A DNA stretch of 49,886 nucleotides from an uncultured bacterium (GTDB lineage: Bacteria > Armatimonadota > UBA5829): the NCBI GenBank assembly GCA_964431685.1, contig CAYSLA010000004.1, forward strand, positions 2,458-52,343, read 5' to 3'. Both the position numbers and the translations under genes were made by a program. Positions 1-9,705 of this stretch are shown piece after piece; within the stretch, counting starts at the first letter, position 1, and each line of letters begins with the position of its first letter. The notes under the pieces were generated by a model. It made no database searches. It saw nothing but the letters and a program-made list of their open reading frames with translations, and was not told the DNA's origin.

Positions 1-2165
1 GTTTCGAGGTCCAACGCGTCGACATTGTTGTCCCCGTTGCAGTCGCCGTTCGAGAGTCTTACTTGAACAGGCGGCATGTCAACCGCAATGTCCACATTGG
101 AGGCTGTGGTCTGGAGCCAGTGACTCGCCTTGAAAGTCATATCACAAAGCATCTTCAGCGTCGTCGTGAACTGGGCGGCTCCGTTCTGATCCAGGAGGAT
201 CGTATGAGTTTCCAGTGGCGTAGAGCCGCCAGGGTTGCGGATCTCAACTTGGACCTCCGTACCCGCAGGCGAGGGAATCCAATCATCCAGGGTCACCACG
301 CACGGAATAGTCATCACATCCGCAATGGTAAACGCGGTATTGCTGGTGTCCGAAACCGATGTGAACTCCTGGGAAAAGACGCGCACCAGGCAGTTGTTTG
401 AGTCAGGAGCGGCTACGACCCAAGGGAATGTCCCGGAATTCAGTATGTTGGTCGCAAGGGTCGTGTAAGTCGAGCCGCCATTCCTGCTCAATTGAATGGT
501 CAACTTCTCGTCGGCTGCCAGGTTAGAGGAGGTCCAGATGATGCTCTTCTGTTGACCTATGCCCCAGGACTCTCCGCCATTGGGTGCGGATACAGTGAGT
601 CTTCGGGTAACTACGGAGAAATCGCTGTCGCTGATGTCCGTTATCGCAGCGTCAGCATTTGAAGTAACCCTTATACGGCATCGCGTCGATGGGCTGATTG
701 ATGGCGTCCATGGCTGGCTTCCGGTGTTTGGAACGCTGGAGAATAGACGAGACCACGAGCCTCCTCCGTCGCGAGAAAGGTCGATCTTGCAGTCGCCCGT
801 CGGCATATTGTTCCGATTCCAGGTGATATTGTATGTCTCACCGTTAGTCAGTGTCTCTCCGCCGTTCGGATACGTAACGTCAAGGTAAGTGTTGGTAATC
901 ACGAAATCGGCGTTGCTCCGGTCGTTCACCGTCGGGTAGTCCAGTGATGTCACCCTAATGCGGCACTCCGTACCCAGTGGCGATGTGACGGTCCAGGGAA
1001 ACTCGCCGGGAGTACTCCAACTGCTGGAAAGGGTAGTCCAGAGCCCTAACCTGATTCTGAGGATTTCTATCTTGACCGGACCGGACATATTGGTCGAGTC
1101 CCATGTTATGTTGACGGGCCTGCCGACCACCCACCGCTCTCCGCCGTTCGGGTAAGTGACGGTAATGGTCCGCGTGATGATTTGGAAGTCCTCGTCGCTG
1201 ACATCGGCGACTGAGGGATCGCCGAGCGGTGTCACCCGGATCCGGCAGTTAGACGAGTCGGGAGACGTGAATGTGTAGGGTTCCGTGCCATCGTTGGGCG
1301 TATCCGCGATGATGGTCGTCCATGTCGTTCCTCCATCGCGACTTAGCTCAATATCCACGTTGGAGGCAATGCCACAGGAGTTCCAGGTGATGTTGGCCGC
1401 TACTCCCGCCGTCAGCACCTCTCCGCCATTCGGGTAGGTGACGTCGAGAGCGGACTGGCCTATCTCGAACACGCCGTCACTGGTATCGCTGGCCGGGTAT
1501 GTCAACGAATAGACTTTGATCAGGCAGTCCGCTGAAGCCGGTGAGTCAACGGTCCAGGTGTACTTGCCGTAATTGATGTTGGAGGAGTGAATGATACTCC
1601 AGGTCTGCCCGCCGTCCCTGCTAAGCGAAATGATGATCTTGCCTGGAACGTTGAGCGAACTCCACCTTATTTCCTTTGTTGCTCCGATGCACAGCCTCTC
1701 CCCGCCGTTCGGAGTAGTGACGGTGATCTGTCTCTTCGCTATGGTGAAGTCGGCGTTGCTCGTATCCTTGATATGCGGGAAATCGAGCGAAGTCACCCTG
1801 ACACGGCACTGGTTCGAGATTGGTTCTTCGGGAGTCCAGGTGCAGCTCCCCGAGTTCGGCAGAAGACTTCTGATGAGTGTCCACGTCGCTCCACTGTCGC
1901 GGCTGAGTTCGGCCTGCATAAATCCATCAAGCATCTCGGATGTCCACGAAATGGTGTACGATTGGCCCGCATATAGGGTCTCGCCGCCGTCAGGCGCGGT
2001 GACGACCAGGTATTTACCGGTGATCTTGAACGTTCCGTCCATTACATCGAAGATGGCCGGATTGTCAGCGTTGCTGACCTTGATCAGGCACTGGGTGGAG
2101 TTGGGGCCGGTAGACGGGCTCCACAGATACTCTCCATCGTTTGAAGTTCTGTCTGCAATGAGTTC
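1..2165 (-). pseudogene. In-frame continuation of the peptidase gene after TAG: six more Ig-like repeats plus dockerin/EF-hand-like C-terminus, running off the window edge
   Basis: Same frame as 2166..5282; manual translation ELIADRTSNDGEYLW...VTAPDGGETL...VTYPNGGE...FKASHWLQ...LSNGDCNGDNNVDALDLE with no further stop found. Confidence 0.85.
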
Positions 2166-3140
2166 CTACGAAGTCCCGTTGTCTCGGGAAAGCTCTATCT
2201 TCACAGAACCGTTCATGGGAGTCGCGTTCCACTTGACGTAAATGCCGTTAGGAATGTAATAGCCGACTCCGGGGCCGGGAGAGGTAACCGTAATAGTGGG
2301 GCTAACGATATCGAACAGACCAGCGCTCGTGCCGAATACGTAAGAGGCGCCCACCGATCTGACCCTTATCTTGCAGTTCTGGGAATCCGGTCCCGTGACG
2401 GCCCACGAATGCGATCCGTCGTTTGGCGTATCAGCGACAAGCGTCGACCAGGTGGCCCCGGCGTCGCGGCTGATCTCGATCTTCACGTTGCCGCTCAGAT
2501 ACAACGAGTTCCACGTGATTGTCTGGGTCTCGCCGACCATCCACACATCTTCGCTCGTCGGACCGGTGACGTTGATGGCAGGGCCGGAGATGGTGAAGTC
2601 GCCCGAACTCTCATCGTAGCAGGCAGGCGCGTTCACTGAGGAGATTCTCATCCGACAATTGGGAGAGGCGGGACCGGTGACATACCAGAACATCATTCCG
2701 GTATTCGCCCAGTTGTCGGCGATGGTGTCCCACGTGGCGCCGCTATCCGTGCTCAGTTCGATCTTCACATCGCCGACTACGTTCTGCGAATTCCAGGCGA
2801 GAGGGTACGGATAGTTCAATTGCAGAGTTTCTCCGGGAAGTGGCCCGATGATCGATATCCACCGTGAGACGATAGAGAACTGGCCATTGCTGGTATCCGT
2901 GAATGACGAATCGGATGTGGAAGTGACCTTGACCTTGCAGTGGTTGGACGTTGCGCCGCTTACGGTCCAGTCGTAGTCGCCGTCATTCGCGGTGGAGGCT
3001 ACCAGGGTCGACCAGGTTTTTCCTCCGGTGCGGCTGAGTTCGATCTTTACACTGGTGCCGGGGGCGCCAAACGATTGCCATCTTATCTTGTGCGATTCGC
3101 TCAGCCCAAGGCTTTCGCCGCCATTTGGAGATACCACGTA
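330..3140 (-). repeat. Ten tandem ~94-aa Ig-like repeats (VTxPNGGE...ITW...IELSRDGGxTW...NxGxxxW...CRIRV...DxSDxxF)
   Basis: Repeat starts near 3135, 2850, 2570, 2290, 2000, 1720, 1440, 1160, 878 and 595; period ~280-285 bp. Confidence 0.85.
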
Positions 3141-5282
3141 CATGCCAACGGGCGAAACGGCGAGTTTATACGTAGCCGACTTGGTTAGACTGCTCGCCTG
3201 GCACTTGTAGACGGCCAGCGCGTAGTAGCCAGCGGTGTTGATTGTATGCGTGAACGACCTGCTGGCCGCCGTGGTTCCCTGGACGCTGTTCATCGCGTTT
3301 CCTCGAGCACCGGCGGGAAGATTGCAGTGGTACAGGGCCATCCCCAGAACCGCGTCTCCACTGACGCGACCAAGGTTGAAGCCGTACGTGCCTGGCGTGA
3401 GGTAGACCTCATAAAGGTCCATAACGGCAACAGACGAGAGACCATACTCCTCATCCCATTGGGCGCTCGGTCCCGCTTGTATCGGAACACTCGTTGGATG
3501 AGCAATGTGGTAGTTTGAACTCGAACCACTTACGTTGACAACCCCCGCATAATAGGTGCCAGCGGCCTTCTGTCTGGTGTTCACCAGTACGTAGTGGCAC
3601 GCCTCCGCGGACTCCTGGGAACTGGCGAGGAAGTTGTGGTCGAATCCGTTCGACACTCCGCTGTAGGTGCCCCGGTCGTAAAGCTGCACACCGTAGTTTG
3701 CGCTGCTTGAAGACGGCAGAACAGCTACGGCGGACCAGTACCCATATACGCCTGAGTTACCCGCGGCGAACTGGAAGCCGTCGGAGTTGTAGTAACCAGA
3801 GGAGCCTTGACACCACTCCTTCTGAGGAGGCGCGTTCCATACGAGGATTGTCTCCTTTCCAATCTGAGTCGGACTCCAGACGAACTGCTGGCAGATGACG
3901 TTGTCATACGGATATTCCGTGATTGTCTCGTCGGTTTCGAATACCTGGTCGTCGGCGTCCAGTATGACCTTGATGGTATGCCTGCCGCCATTCACAGATA
4001 TTGGGCCGGCATTGAGCGCGTGAAACGTCTGGCCCACGGATAGCCCTGTGAAACTGGTGGTTAGCTTCTCCTCGCCGTCGACATAGGTCTTGCAGACGAA
4101 GGATTCTGAGTTTCGATCTCCGTTGTTTATGCCGGAGAAGTTGACATAGGTGTTAGCCGTCAGACCGTTGAGCGTCGAAGTATAGGTGCAATTGGATGAG
4201 GTCGCACCGCCGGTGTTTCTGGCAACTAAGGGACTCGACCAACCGCTAAGTTGGGTTTTGGTGAGGTTTGCCTTGGGGGAGTTCGGAAGAGTGCCGACGG
4301 CATAGCAGGCGCCGTCACCTATCCAGCACTGCTCCCACTTTATGCGGAAGTAACCACCGTTGCCCGCACCCCAGGTGAATGGTACAAAATCCCTGGTCTC
4401 TCCCCAGTTTGTACCCCAACTGTTCTTGCATATCCAGCATTCCAGAGAGTCGTCCCAGCCGATGATGGTGACTCCATGTCCACCTTCCTCAACACCCCAA
4501 ACATATTCGTATACTCCGCTGGTGTAGTTTTCGAAGTCAGTCATTACGGCGAAGCCCGCGGCCACCGAGCCGTATTCCATGACAGCCTGCTTGATCTGAT
4601 CCACGGAAGCCCTGCCGGCCGGTTCGGGGTCACCCCAGTTGTGAAGCTTGATCATCCGGCTTTCCCAGTTCGAGCAGCGGTTTTCACACGGGGTGGCGTC
4701 GCTTCCGGTATAGGGGAAACAGGCGTCGTCAGTGGTGCCCGTGCTCGCCAGATAACTTAGCACATGCATCATGGCCCCGCCGTCGCACGTCCAGCCGGCA
4801 CACGAAAGGATGTGCTGCTCCGACAGGTTCGGGTTTGCGTCCCATCCGTTTGGACCGGACTGGACTTTCATACAGTGTTCTGCGGTGGCGCAGGCTGCGA
4901 AGATGTAGCAGCTTCCGCAGCCGCCCTGGTTCTTGACGGGGGTCGTCCAGTCGCGGCCGTCTTTGTCACGCCAGTCCCAATAGGCGGGCAGAGAACCGGC
5001 GGACGCGCCCGAGACAGTCGACTGCATCGAGGATACCTGTTTCTTTGTCTTGTCAATGCCTATGTATCCGCACAACTCGCGAATGGGCCTGCCGGATACC
5101 GAGGTCTCCCCGGCGGTCCAGTTAGCGCCTTTGGCCTTGATTGCCGCGTTGATCTGGTCGACCCTCGCCTGCTGTTCCTCAGACGACTGGGCCAAGCATG
5201 GGACGCACCCCAGGATCATTGTTATGGCTAGACAAAGGGCCAAGCCAATCTGTCTGTGATTCGAAGAAGAAGATACTACCAC
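2166..5282 (-). CDS. Secreted C1A (papain-family) cysteine peptidase with CARDB-like domain and Ig-like 'PNGGE' repeats; 5' part of a gene interrupted by in-frame TAG
   Basis: Signal peptide; QGGCGSCY (Cys), GGHGV (His), KNSWG (Asn); ORF stops mid-repeat at SRDNGTS*. Confidence 0.9.
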   Translation of the reverse strand: MVVSSSSNHRQIGLALCLAITMILGCVPCLAQSSEEQQARVDQINAAIKAKGANWTAGETSVSGRPIRELCGYIGIDKTKKQVSSMQSTVSGASAGSLPAYWDWRDKDGRDWTTPVKNQGGCGSCYIFAACATAEHCMKVQSGPNGWDANPNLSEQHILSCAGWTCDGGAMMHVLSYLASTGTTDDACFPYTGSDATPCENRCSNWESRMIKLHNWGDPEPAGRASVDQIKQAVMEYGSVAAGFAVMTDFENYTSGVYEYVWGVEEGGHGVTIIGWDDSLECWICKNSWGTNWGETRDFVPFTWGAGNGGYFRIKWEQCWIGDGACYAVGTLPNSPKANLTKTQLSGWSSPLVARNTGGATSSNCTYTSTLNGLTANTYVNFSGINNGDRNSESFVCKTYVDGEEKLTTSFTGLSVGQTFHALNAGPISVNGGRHTIKVILDADDQVFETDETITEYPYDNVICQQFVWSPTQIGKETILVWNAPPQKEWCQGSSGYYNSDGFQFAAGNSGVYGYWSAVAVLPSSSSANYGVQLYDRGTYSGVSNGFDHNFLASSQESAEACHYVLVNTRQKAAGTYYAGVVNVSGSSSNYHIAHPTSVPIQAGPSAQWDEEYGLSSVAVMDLYEVYLTPGTYGFNLGRVSGDAVLGMALYHCNLPAGARGNAMNSVQGTTAASRSFTHTINTAGYYALAVYKCQASSLTKSATYKLAVSPVGMYVVSPNGGESLGLSESHKIRWQSFGAPGTSVKIELSRTGGKTWSTLVASTANDGDYDWTVSGATSNHCKVKVTSTSDSSFTDTSNGQFSIVSRWISIIGPLPGETLQLNYPYPLAWNSQNVVGDVKIELSTDSGATWDTIADNWANTGMMFWYVTGPASPNCRMRISSVNAPACYDESSGDFTISGPAINVTGPTSEDVWMVGETQTITWNSLYLSGNVKIEISRDAGATWSTLVADTPNDGSHSWAVTGPDSQNCKIRVRSVGASYVFGTSAGLFDIVSPTITVTSPGPGVGYYIPNGIYVKWNATPMNGSVKIELSRDNGTS

Positions 5283-5551
5283 TGTCTTTCAACCTCTCAC
5301 TTCTGCTGCAACGCTCTATCACGGCAGCGTCAAACGGAATCTCTGTCCCGCCGAGAAAACAAGCAGACATATTCCACTTTACCCCAGAACACGCCCGCAT
5401 AATCCATGTCCTGCAATAGTTTGCTGGCTTGCTTTATTTATTCTTCCACATTGCATGCCAGAGAACCTTCTTTGCAGGCAAAAAAACTGGTATTCCTGGG
5501 TTCTATATGGCTGATGGTCGTGAGGCAAACGGCGTGGGACCTGGGGGTCTC

Positions 5552-6841
5552 CTATTTCGCTGAAGCTGATCGTGGGTTGATGGAGAAGTGTGTGACCAAA
5601 GCTGCAACGAGTCCTGTGGCGGAAACAATACCGGCTATGATGAATGCGTTGTCGTAGCTGCCGGTCATCGCCTTGATCTTTGCGCCGACCTGCGGGCCTG
5701 CTATAGCGGCTACGCTGAAAGCCGAAAACAGGATGGCATAGTTGACCGCAAGATGCCTTGGGCCGAAACTGTCGGCGCACAGTGATGGGAATATGCCCAG
5801 ATAACCACCGTAGCACAGGCCGATGAACACTGAAGCCACTAGAAGCGTGGTTCTCTCTCCGACTGTCTGCGGGAGAGTGAACATCGCGACGGCGGTGATG
5901 ACAAACATCAGCATGATAGCCTGAAGACGCCCGACCCAGTCGGACACCAAACCCCACAGCATTCTGCCAAAAGCGTTGGCAAGCCCTATGGCCGCTGGAA
6001 TTGTGGCGGCCAACTCTTTGCTGAGCTTTGTCATATCCTGTGCAATGGGCGAGGCCTGGCTTATGATCATAAGACCTGAGAATGTTCCGCACGTGTAGGT
6101 CACATAGAGCAGCCAGAACTTCCATCTGGCAACCATTTCGGTCCAGCGAAAGTCGATTGCCGATACTGAAGCATCGGGCCTGGCCGTAAAGCCGGATGGC
6201 GCATATCCGTGCGGAGGGTCTGTGATTACCATTGAAGCAACCGATATGACCGCCAGGAACGCCACTCCCAACACTCTGAAGGCGAACAACACTGGAATCC
6301 CGCTCGCCACATCAGGGCTCATCAGCCACACAGCCGCCGGCGCAATGATTGCTGTTCCGAAACCAAGAGCCCCGACCGACATTCCAGATGCCAGTCCCCT
6401 CGAGTCCGGAAACCATTTCACGGAAGTGGACACAATCGCTCCGTAGGCCCCCCCACTGCCGAGGCCCATCAGCACCCCAAACGTAAGTACAAACATCAGA
6501 AATGACGTCGAGAAGCCCGCAAGGAACATACCGAGCCCGAAAAGAACGCCGCCGACCGCGACCATCATTCTGGGGCCGCGTCGGTGCGACAGTTTACCCG
6601 AGATCAACATCCCGACGGGCAGGCACGTCAGATTGATGGAAAACGCTATCGCCCACTTAGTCATATCCGGCGCCATCATGCCGTCCGTCCCAGTTTTCAC
6701 ACAACCCAGATGCGTCATCATAGGCTTCGCAAATACACTGGAGGCGTAGGCGGCTCCCTGACAGAGATTTGCGAGTATTCCTGCCAGCAGAACTTTCCAA
6801 CGTTTGAGAGAAGGGATCGGGTGCGGATTCTGATCGAACAT
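5552..6841 (-). CDS. MFS transporter, OFA (oxalate/formate antiporter)-like
   Basis: ~12 hydrophobic segments; WFPDSRGLASG, GRMLWGLVSD; ATG 6841 with GGAG upstream. Confidence 0.85.
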   Translation of the reverse strand: MFDQNPHPIPSLKRWKVLLAGILANLCQGAAYASSVFAKPMMTHLGCVKTGTDGMMAPDMTKWAIAFSINLTCLPVGMLISGKLSHRRGPRMMVAVGGVLFGLGMFLAGFSTSFLMFVLTFGVLMGLGSGGAYGAIVSTSVKWFPDSRGLASGMSVGALGFGTAIIAPAAVWLMSPDVASGIPVLFAFRVLGVAFLAVISVASMVITDPPHGYAPSGFTARPDASVSAIDFRWTEMVARWKFWLLYVTYTCGTFSGLMIISQASPIAQDMTKLSKELAATIPAAIGLANAFGRMLWGLVSDWVGRLQAIMLMFVITAVAMFTLPQTVGERTTLLVASVFIGLCYGGYLGIFPSLCADSFGPRHLAVNYAILFSAFSVAAIAGPQVGAKIKAMTGSYDNAFIIAGIVSATGLVAALVTHFSINPRSASAK

Positions 6842-6989
6842 AGAGTTCTCCGGTGGCCCATCGCAAGAGTTGTGCAGATGCCCCAGGACACCTGTTCTCT
6901 GCGGACTCGGGCGGCACGAGATGAGATATATCTTACGGCAGAAGCCCATTCCAGAGCAAGCTGCGCAGTGGCCTGGCGCGAATAATTCG

Positions 6990-7055
6990 TGTCATTTCAA
7001 CCGCAGGGAGAAATCTCCGTTGCGATGGTGAGCCCTGAATCGGGTTCAGGGGACA
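6990..7055. repeat. Bipartite GTCA...TGAC-type palindromic element, copy 1 (hybrid arms)
   Basis: tgtcatttcaaccgcagggagaaatctc matches arms at 49158 and 28034 (rc); right arm ccctgaatcgggttcagggg matches the 38160 type. Confidence 0.75.
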
Positions 7056-7183
7056 GTGTGCGGGACAATCGTGCTTCTCGTGAATTATCCGAGCCAGACA
7101 GTAATGTGCACGCGTAAGAAGGTAATGGGAACCCGCCTGTGTAAGTATTACTGACAAGAATACTCGCTTGCCAGAGGTGGCCA

Positions 7184-7657
7184 ATGCCTGATCTGCTTGT
7201 AAAGCTGCTGGAACTGCCCGATTCACGAAGCTTGATCGCCGAACTTGCCAATGCCGGAATTCTCATCCGGCGGGCTCAGCCTTTCGAGGCTACAGCCGTG
7301 TGCGACTTCATCGTTGAAAACTTCTCGCAGGGATGGGCTGATGAAGTCACCCCTGCATTCTCTCGCCAGCCCGTCACCTGTTACGTTGCCACGTGTGAGA
7401 TGCACATTGTGGGCTTCGGAGCCTACGAGTGCACGCGTCGAGACTTCTTCGGCCCTACGGGCGTTTCGGACAAGTTTCGGGGTAAGAACATAGGCAAAGC
7501 TCTCCTGCTTGCCTGCCTGGAGGGCATGCGCGATATGGGGTATGTCTACGGCATCATCGGTGGGGGGCACATACTGGACTACTACGCCAAGTGCGCCGGG
7601 GCCACGGAGATACCTGGAAGCGACCCCGGCATATACACAGATATGCTTGAGGGTTGA
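7184..7657 (+). CDS. GNAT family N-acetyltransferase
   Basis: GV...FRGKNIGKALL acetyl-CoA motif; GAGG RBS. Confidence 0.85.
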   Translation: MPDLLVKLLELPDSRSLIAELANAGILIRRAQPFEATAVCDFIVENFSQGWADEVTPAFSRQPVTCYVATCEMHIVGFGAYECTRRDFFGPTGVSDKFRGKNIGKALLLACLEGMRDMGYVYGIIGGGHILDYYAKCAGATEIPGSDPGIYTDMLEG

Positions 7658-7667
7658 GGACGTCCAG

Positions 7668-7835
7668 ATGTTGGCCTGCGAAATAGAGAAGCTGAGGTTT
7701 GAAGCGAATACTGCCGCTCAGAACGGCGACTACGCGCGGGTGCTCGATATACTGGAAGCCTTTGCCGAGTCAGATCTGACCGACTCGGACAAGCGGTTGA
7801 TGGAGTTGGCGCGACTGCGACTGCGGTCGGCGTGA
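7668..7835 (+). CDS. Small helical hypothetical protein (55 aa)
   Basis: GAGGA RBS then ATG 10 nt after the GNAT stop; MLACEIEKLRFEAN... Confidence 0.5.
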   Translation: MLACEIEKLRFEANTAAQNGDYARVLDILEAFAESDLTDSDKRLMELARLRLRSA

Positions 7836-7891
7836 ACTCGTGATAAAGACTATGTGTCGGTGAGATACCCAACTGGAAGCAGATATAGCGT

Positions 7892-9109
7892 GTGGAAATG
7901 CAAGGCAAGAAGACTATAGTTGATCTTGTGCGCGCCAGGCAGGAAGTGGTGTCTCACTCGCCGCTGCTTGGCACCCAGACCGTCGGTGTGATCAACGCTC
8001 ACAACAGAATTCTGGCGGAGGATGTGGCCGTCACGCACGATGTGCCCGAACATCACCTTGCTCTTTCTGACGGATATGCGGTAATGTCGGCGGATACTCT
8101 CGGTGCACACCGCCGCAATCCTCGACAGTTGGGTGTGTCTGGCGAAGCGTTCTCGGGGTCCTTGCGGAAGCTGGAACCCGGAACCGCCGCAAGAGTGAAG
8201 CGCGGTTGGGCTTTACCTCAGGACAGTGACGCAGTGCTGACTTCCTCCGAGACGTTTCGTCCCGAAGATGGGCCGTTGCTCCTGGTATTTGAGGAAGTCA
8301 AGCCGTGGCACAATGCGAAACCAGCGGGGGCAATCCTGACCGCAGGCTCCGTTATTTCACCATCTGGCACAACCATCGGCCACCACGAAATGGGCGTGTT
8401 AGCTTCGCTGGGCATCCACGGTGTCAAGGTCTCGATTCAGCCGCATATGTCGATCCTGACCGTCGGTGAGGGTCTGGTGGACATTCTCGATGATATGAAG
8501 CCGGGCCAGATGCGCAACTCCGGCAGGTATGTGCTGACGGGTATGGCGACGGAGGCAGGATGCGAGGTTGCCGATCTGCGCCACGTGACAACCGGACGGC
8601 TTGGATTGGAGCGAGCACTCGCCGAATGCAGACCACTCGACATTGCGGTTGTCGTGATGGGACCGGACGAGAAGCATGATGTTGCGGTTGCCGCGCTGGG
8701 CAACGTCGGAGAGGTGGTGTTCGAGCGCGTGCAGATGGAACCAGGCGCAGCGACGGCTTTCGGGACTGTGAACGGCCGACCAGTATTCGTCGTAGGATTC
8801 GATTCACTCCTCGAGTCGTTTGAGGCTGTTGTGCGTCCTGCAGTGATGAGCATGCAGCGGGCAGGACGTATTGACCGAACCATGGTCCAGGCAGAACTTC
8901 GTGTGACAATCAAACCCAATCAAACAAGCCATAGTCTCTTCAGAGCTGTAACCTGGTTCGATGGTGAACGCTGCGCTGTGCGTGCCTTTGACAGGGTGTC
9001 GCCTGATAACGGAGTCACCGCAAAGCCCAACTCGCTCATTGTGATCCCACCTCAAACTGACTTGAAGAAGCGTGGTGAGACGGTTGACGTATGGCTTCTA
9101 CAGTTGTAA
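7892..9109 (+). CDS. moeA: MoeA/gephyrin-like protein with degenerate active-site motifs
   Basis: RILAEDV, SDGYAV and four-domain MoeA layout; SGG/PGKP/LPGNP motifs are missing. Confidence 0.75.
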   Translation: MEMQGKKTIVDLVRARQEVVSHSPLLGTQTVGVINAHNRILAEDVAVTHDVPEHHLALSDGYAVMSADTLGAHRRNPRQLGVSGEAFSGSLRKLEPGTAARVKRGWALPQDSDAVLTSSETFRPEDGPLLLVFEEVKPWHNAKPAGAILTAGSVISPSGTTIGHHEMGVLASLGIHGVKVSIQPHMSILTVGEGLVDILDDMKPGQMRNSGRYVLTGMATEAGCEVADLRHVTTGRLGLERALAECRPLDIAVVVMGPDEKHDVAVAALGNVGEVVFERVQMEPGAATAFGTVNGRPVFVVGFDSLLESFEAVVRPAVMSMQRAGRIDRTMVQAELRVTIKPNQTSHSLFRAVTWFDGERCAVRAFDRVSPDNGVTAKPNSLIVIPPQTDLKKRGETVDVWLLQL

Positions 9110-9132
9110 GAGCTCAGACTATGTGAGAAACC

Positions 9133-9203
9133 ACGTCATCCTGAACTTGATTCAGGACCCATCCCTTCTCCGGATGGGTGCCGGATCTAGTCCGGCATGA
9201 CGT
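9133..9203. repeat. GTCA...TGAC palindromic element, copy 2
   Basis: acgtcatcctgaacttgattcaggacccatc...gatgggtgccggatctagtccggcatgacgt. Confidence 0.8.
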
Positions 9204-9309
9204 AGTACTTGGCGAGACTGAGCTGTCACCTACAGTTAGAATAGCCCCAGGATTTGTGTGCTTCTGCTATAATATCCCTTGCGTAGCCTACGTGAGGAGC
9301 TGATAGAAG

Positions 9310-9705
9310 ATGGACATATTCCCTGTAAAGACAACTCAACGCAACCAGTTCGTGGACATAACTTCTCAGGTGCAGAAGTATGTTTCCGATACCGGTGTTG
9401 AAAGTGGTCTTCTGTGCGTATTTGTTCCGCACACCACCGCTGCTGTCACCATAAACGAGAACGCCGATCCGGATGTCGTGCGCGATTTGTTGGGAACACT
9501 CGAGAAGATTGTGCCGGCGCGATGGGACTATCGGCACTGTGAAGGCAACTCGGACTCACACGTCAAGAGCAGCACGTTTGGCCCTTCTCTAACTGTTATT
9601 GTTGAGAACGGCAGGTTGCAGCTCGGGACCTGGCAGTCGATCTACTTCGCTGAGTTCGACGGCCCACGCAACCGGCAGTACTGGCTGAAAGTGGTGGGTA
9701 GATGA
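9310..9705 (+). CDS. yjbQ: YjbQ/UPF0047 family protein
   Basis: PHTTAAVTINENADPDV, HCEGNSDSHVK, LGTWQSIYFAEFDGPR. Confidence 0.95.
   Translation: MDIFPVKTTQRNQFVDITSQVQKYVSDTGVESGLLCVFVPHTTAAVTINENADPDVVRDLLGTLEKIVPARWDYRHCEGNSDSHVKSSTFGPSLTVIVENGRLQLGTWQSIYFAEFDGPRNRQYWLKVVGR

Noticed and set aside
63-2241. Plus-strand ORFs over the first 2.2 kb
   Set aside because: Antisense shadows of the minus-strand repeat-coding frame
5515-5552. c-di-GMP-I riboswitch-like GGCAAAC...GGGAC
   Set aside because: Lacks the GAAA loop and GCAAAGC continuation, and is antisense to the flanking genes
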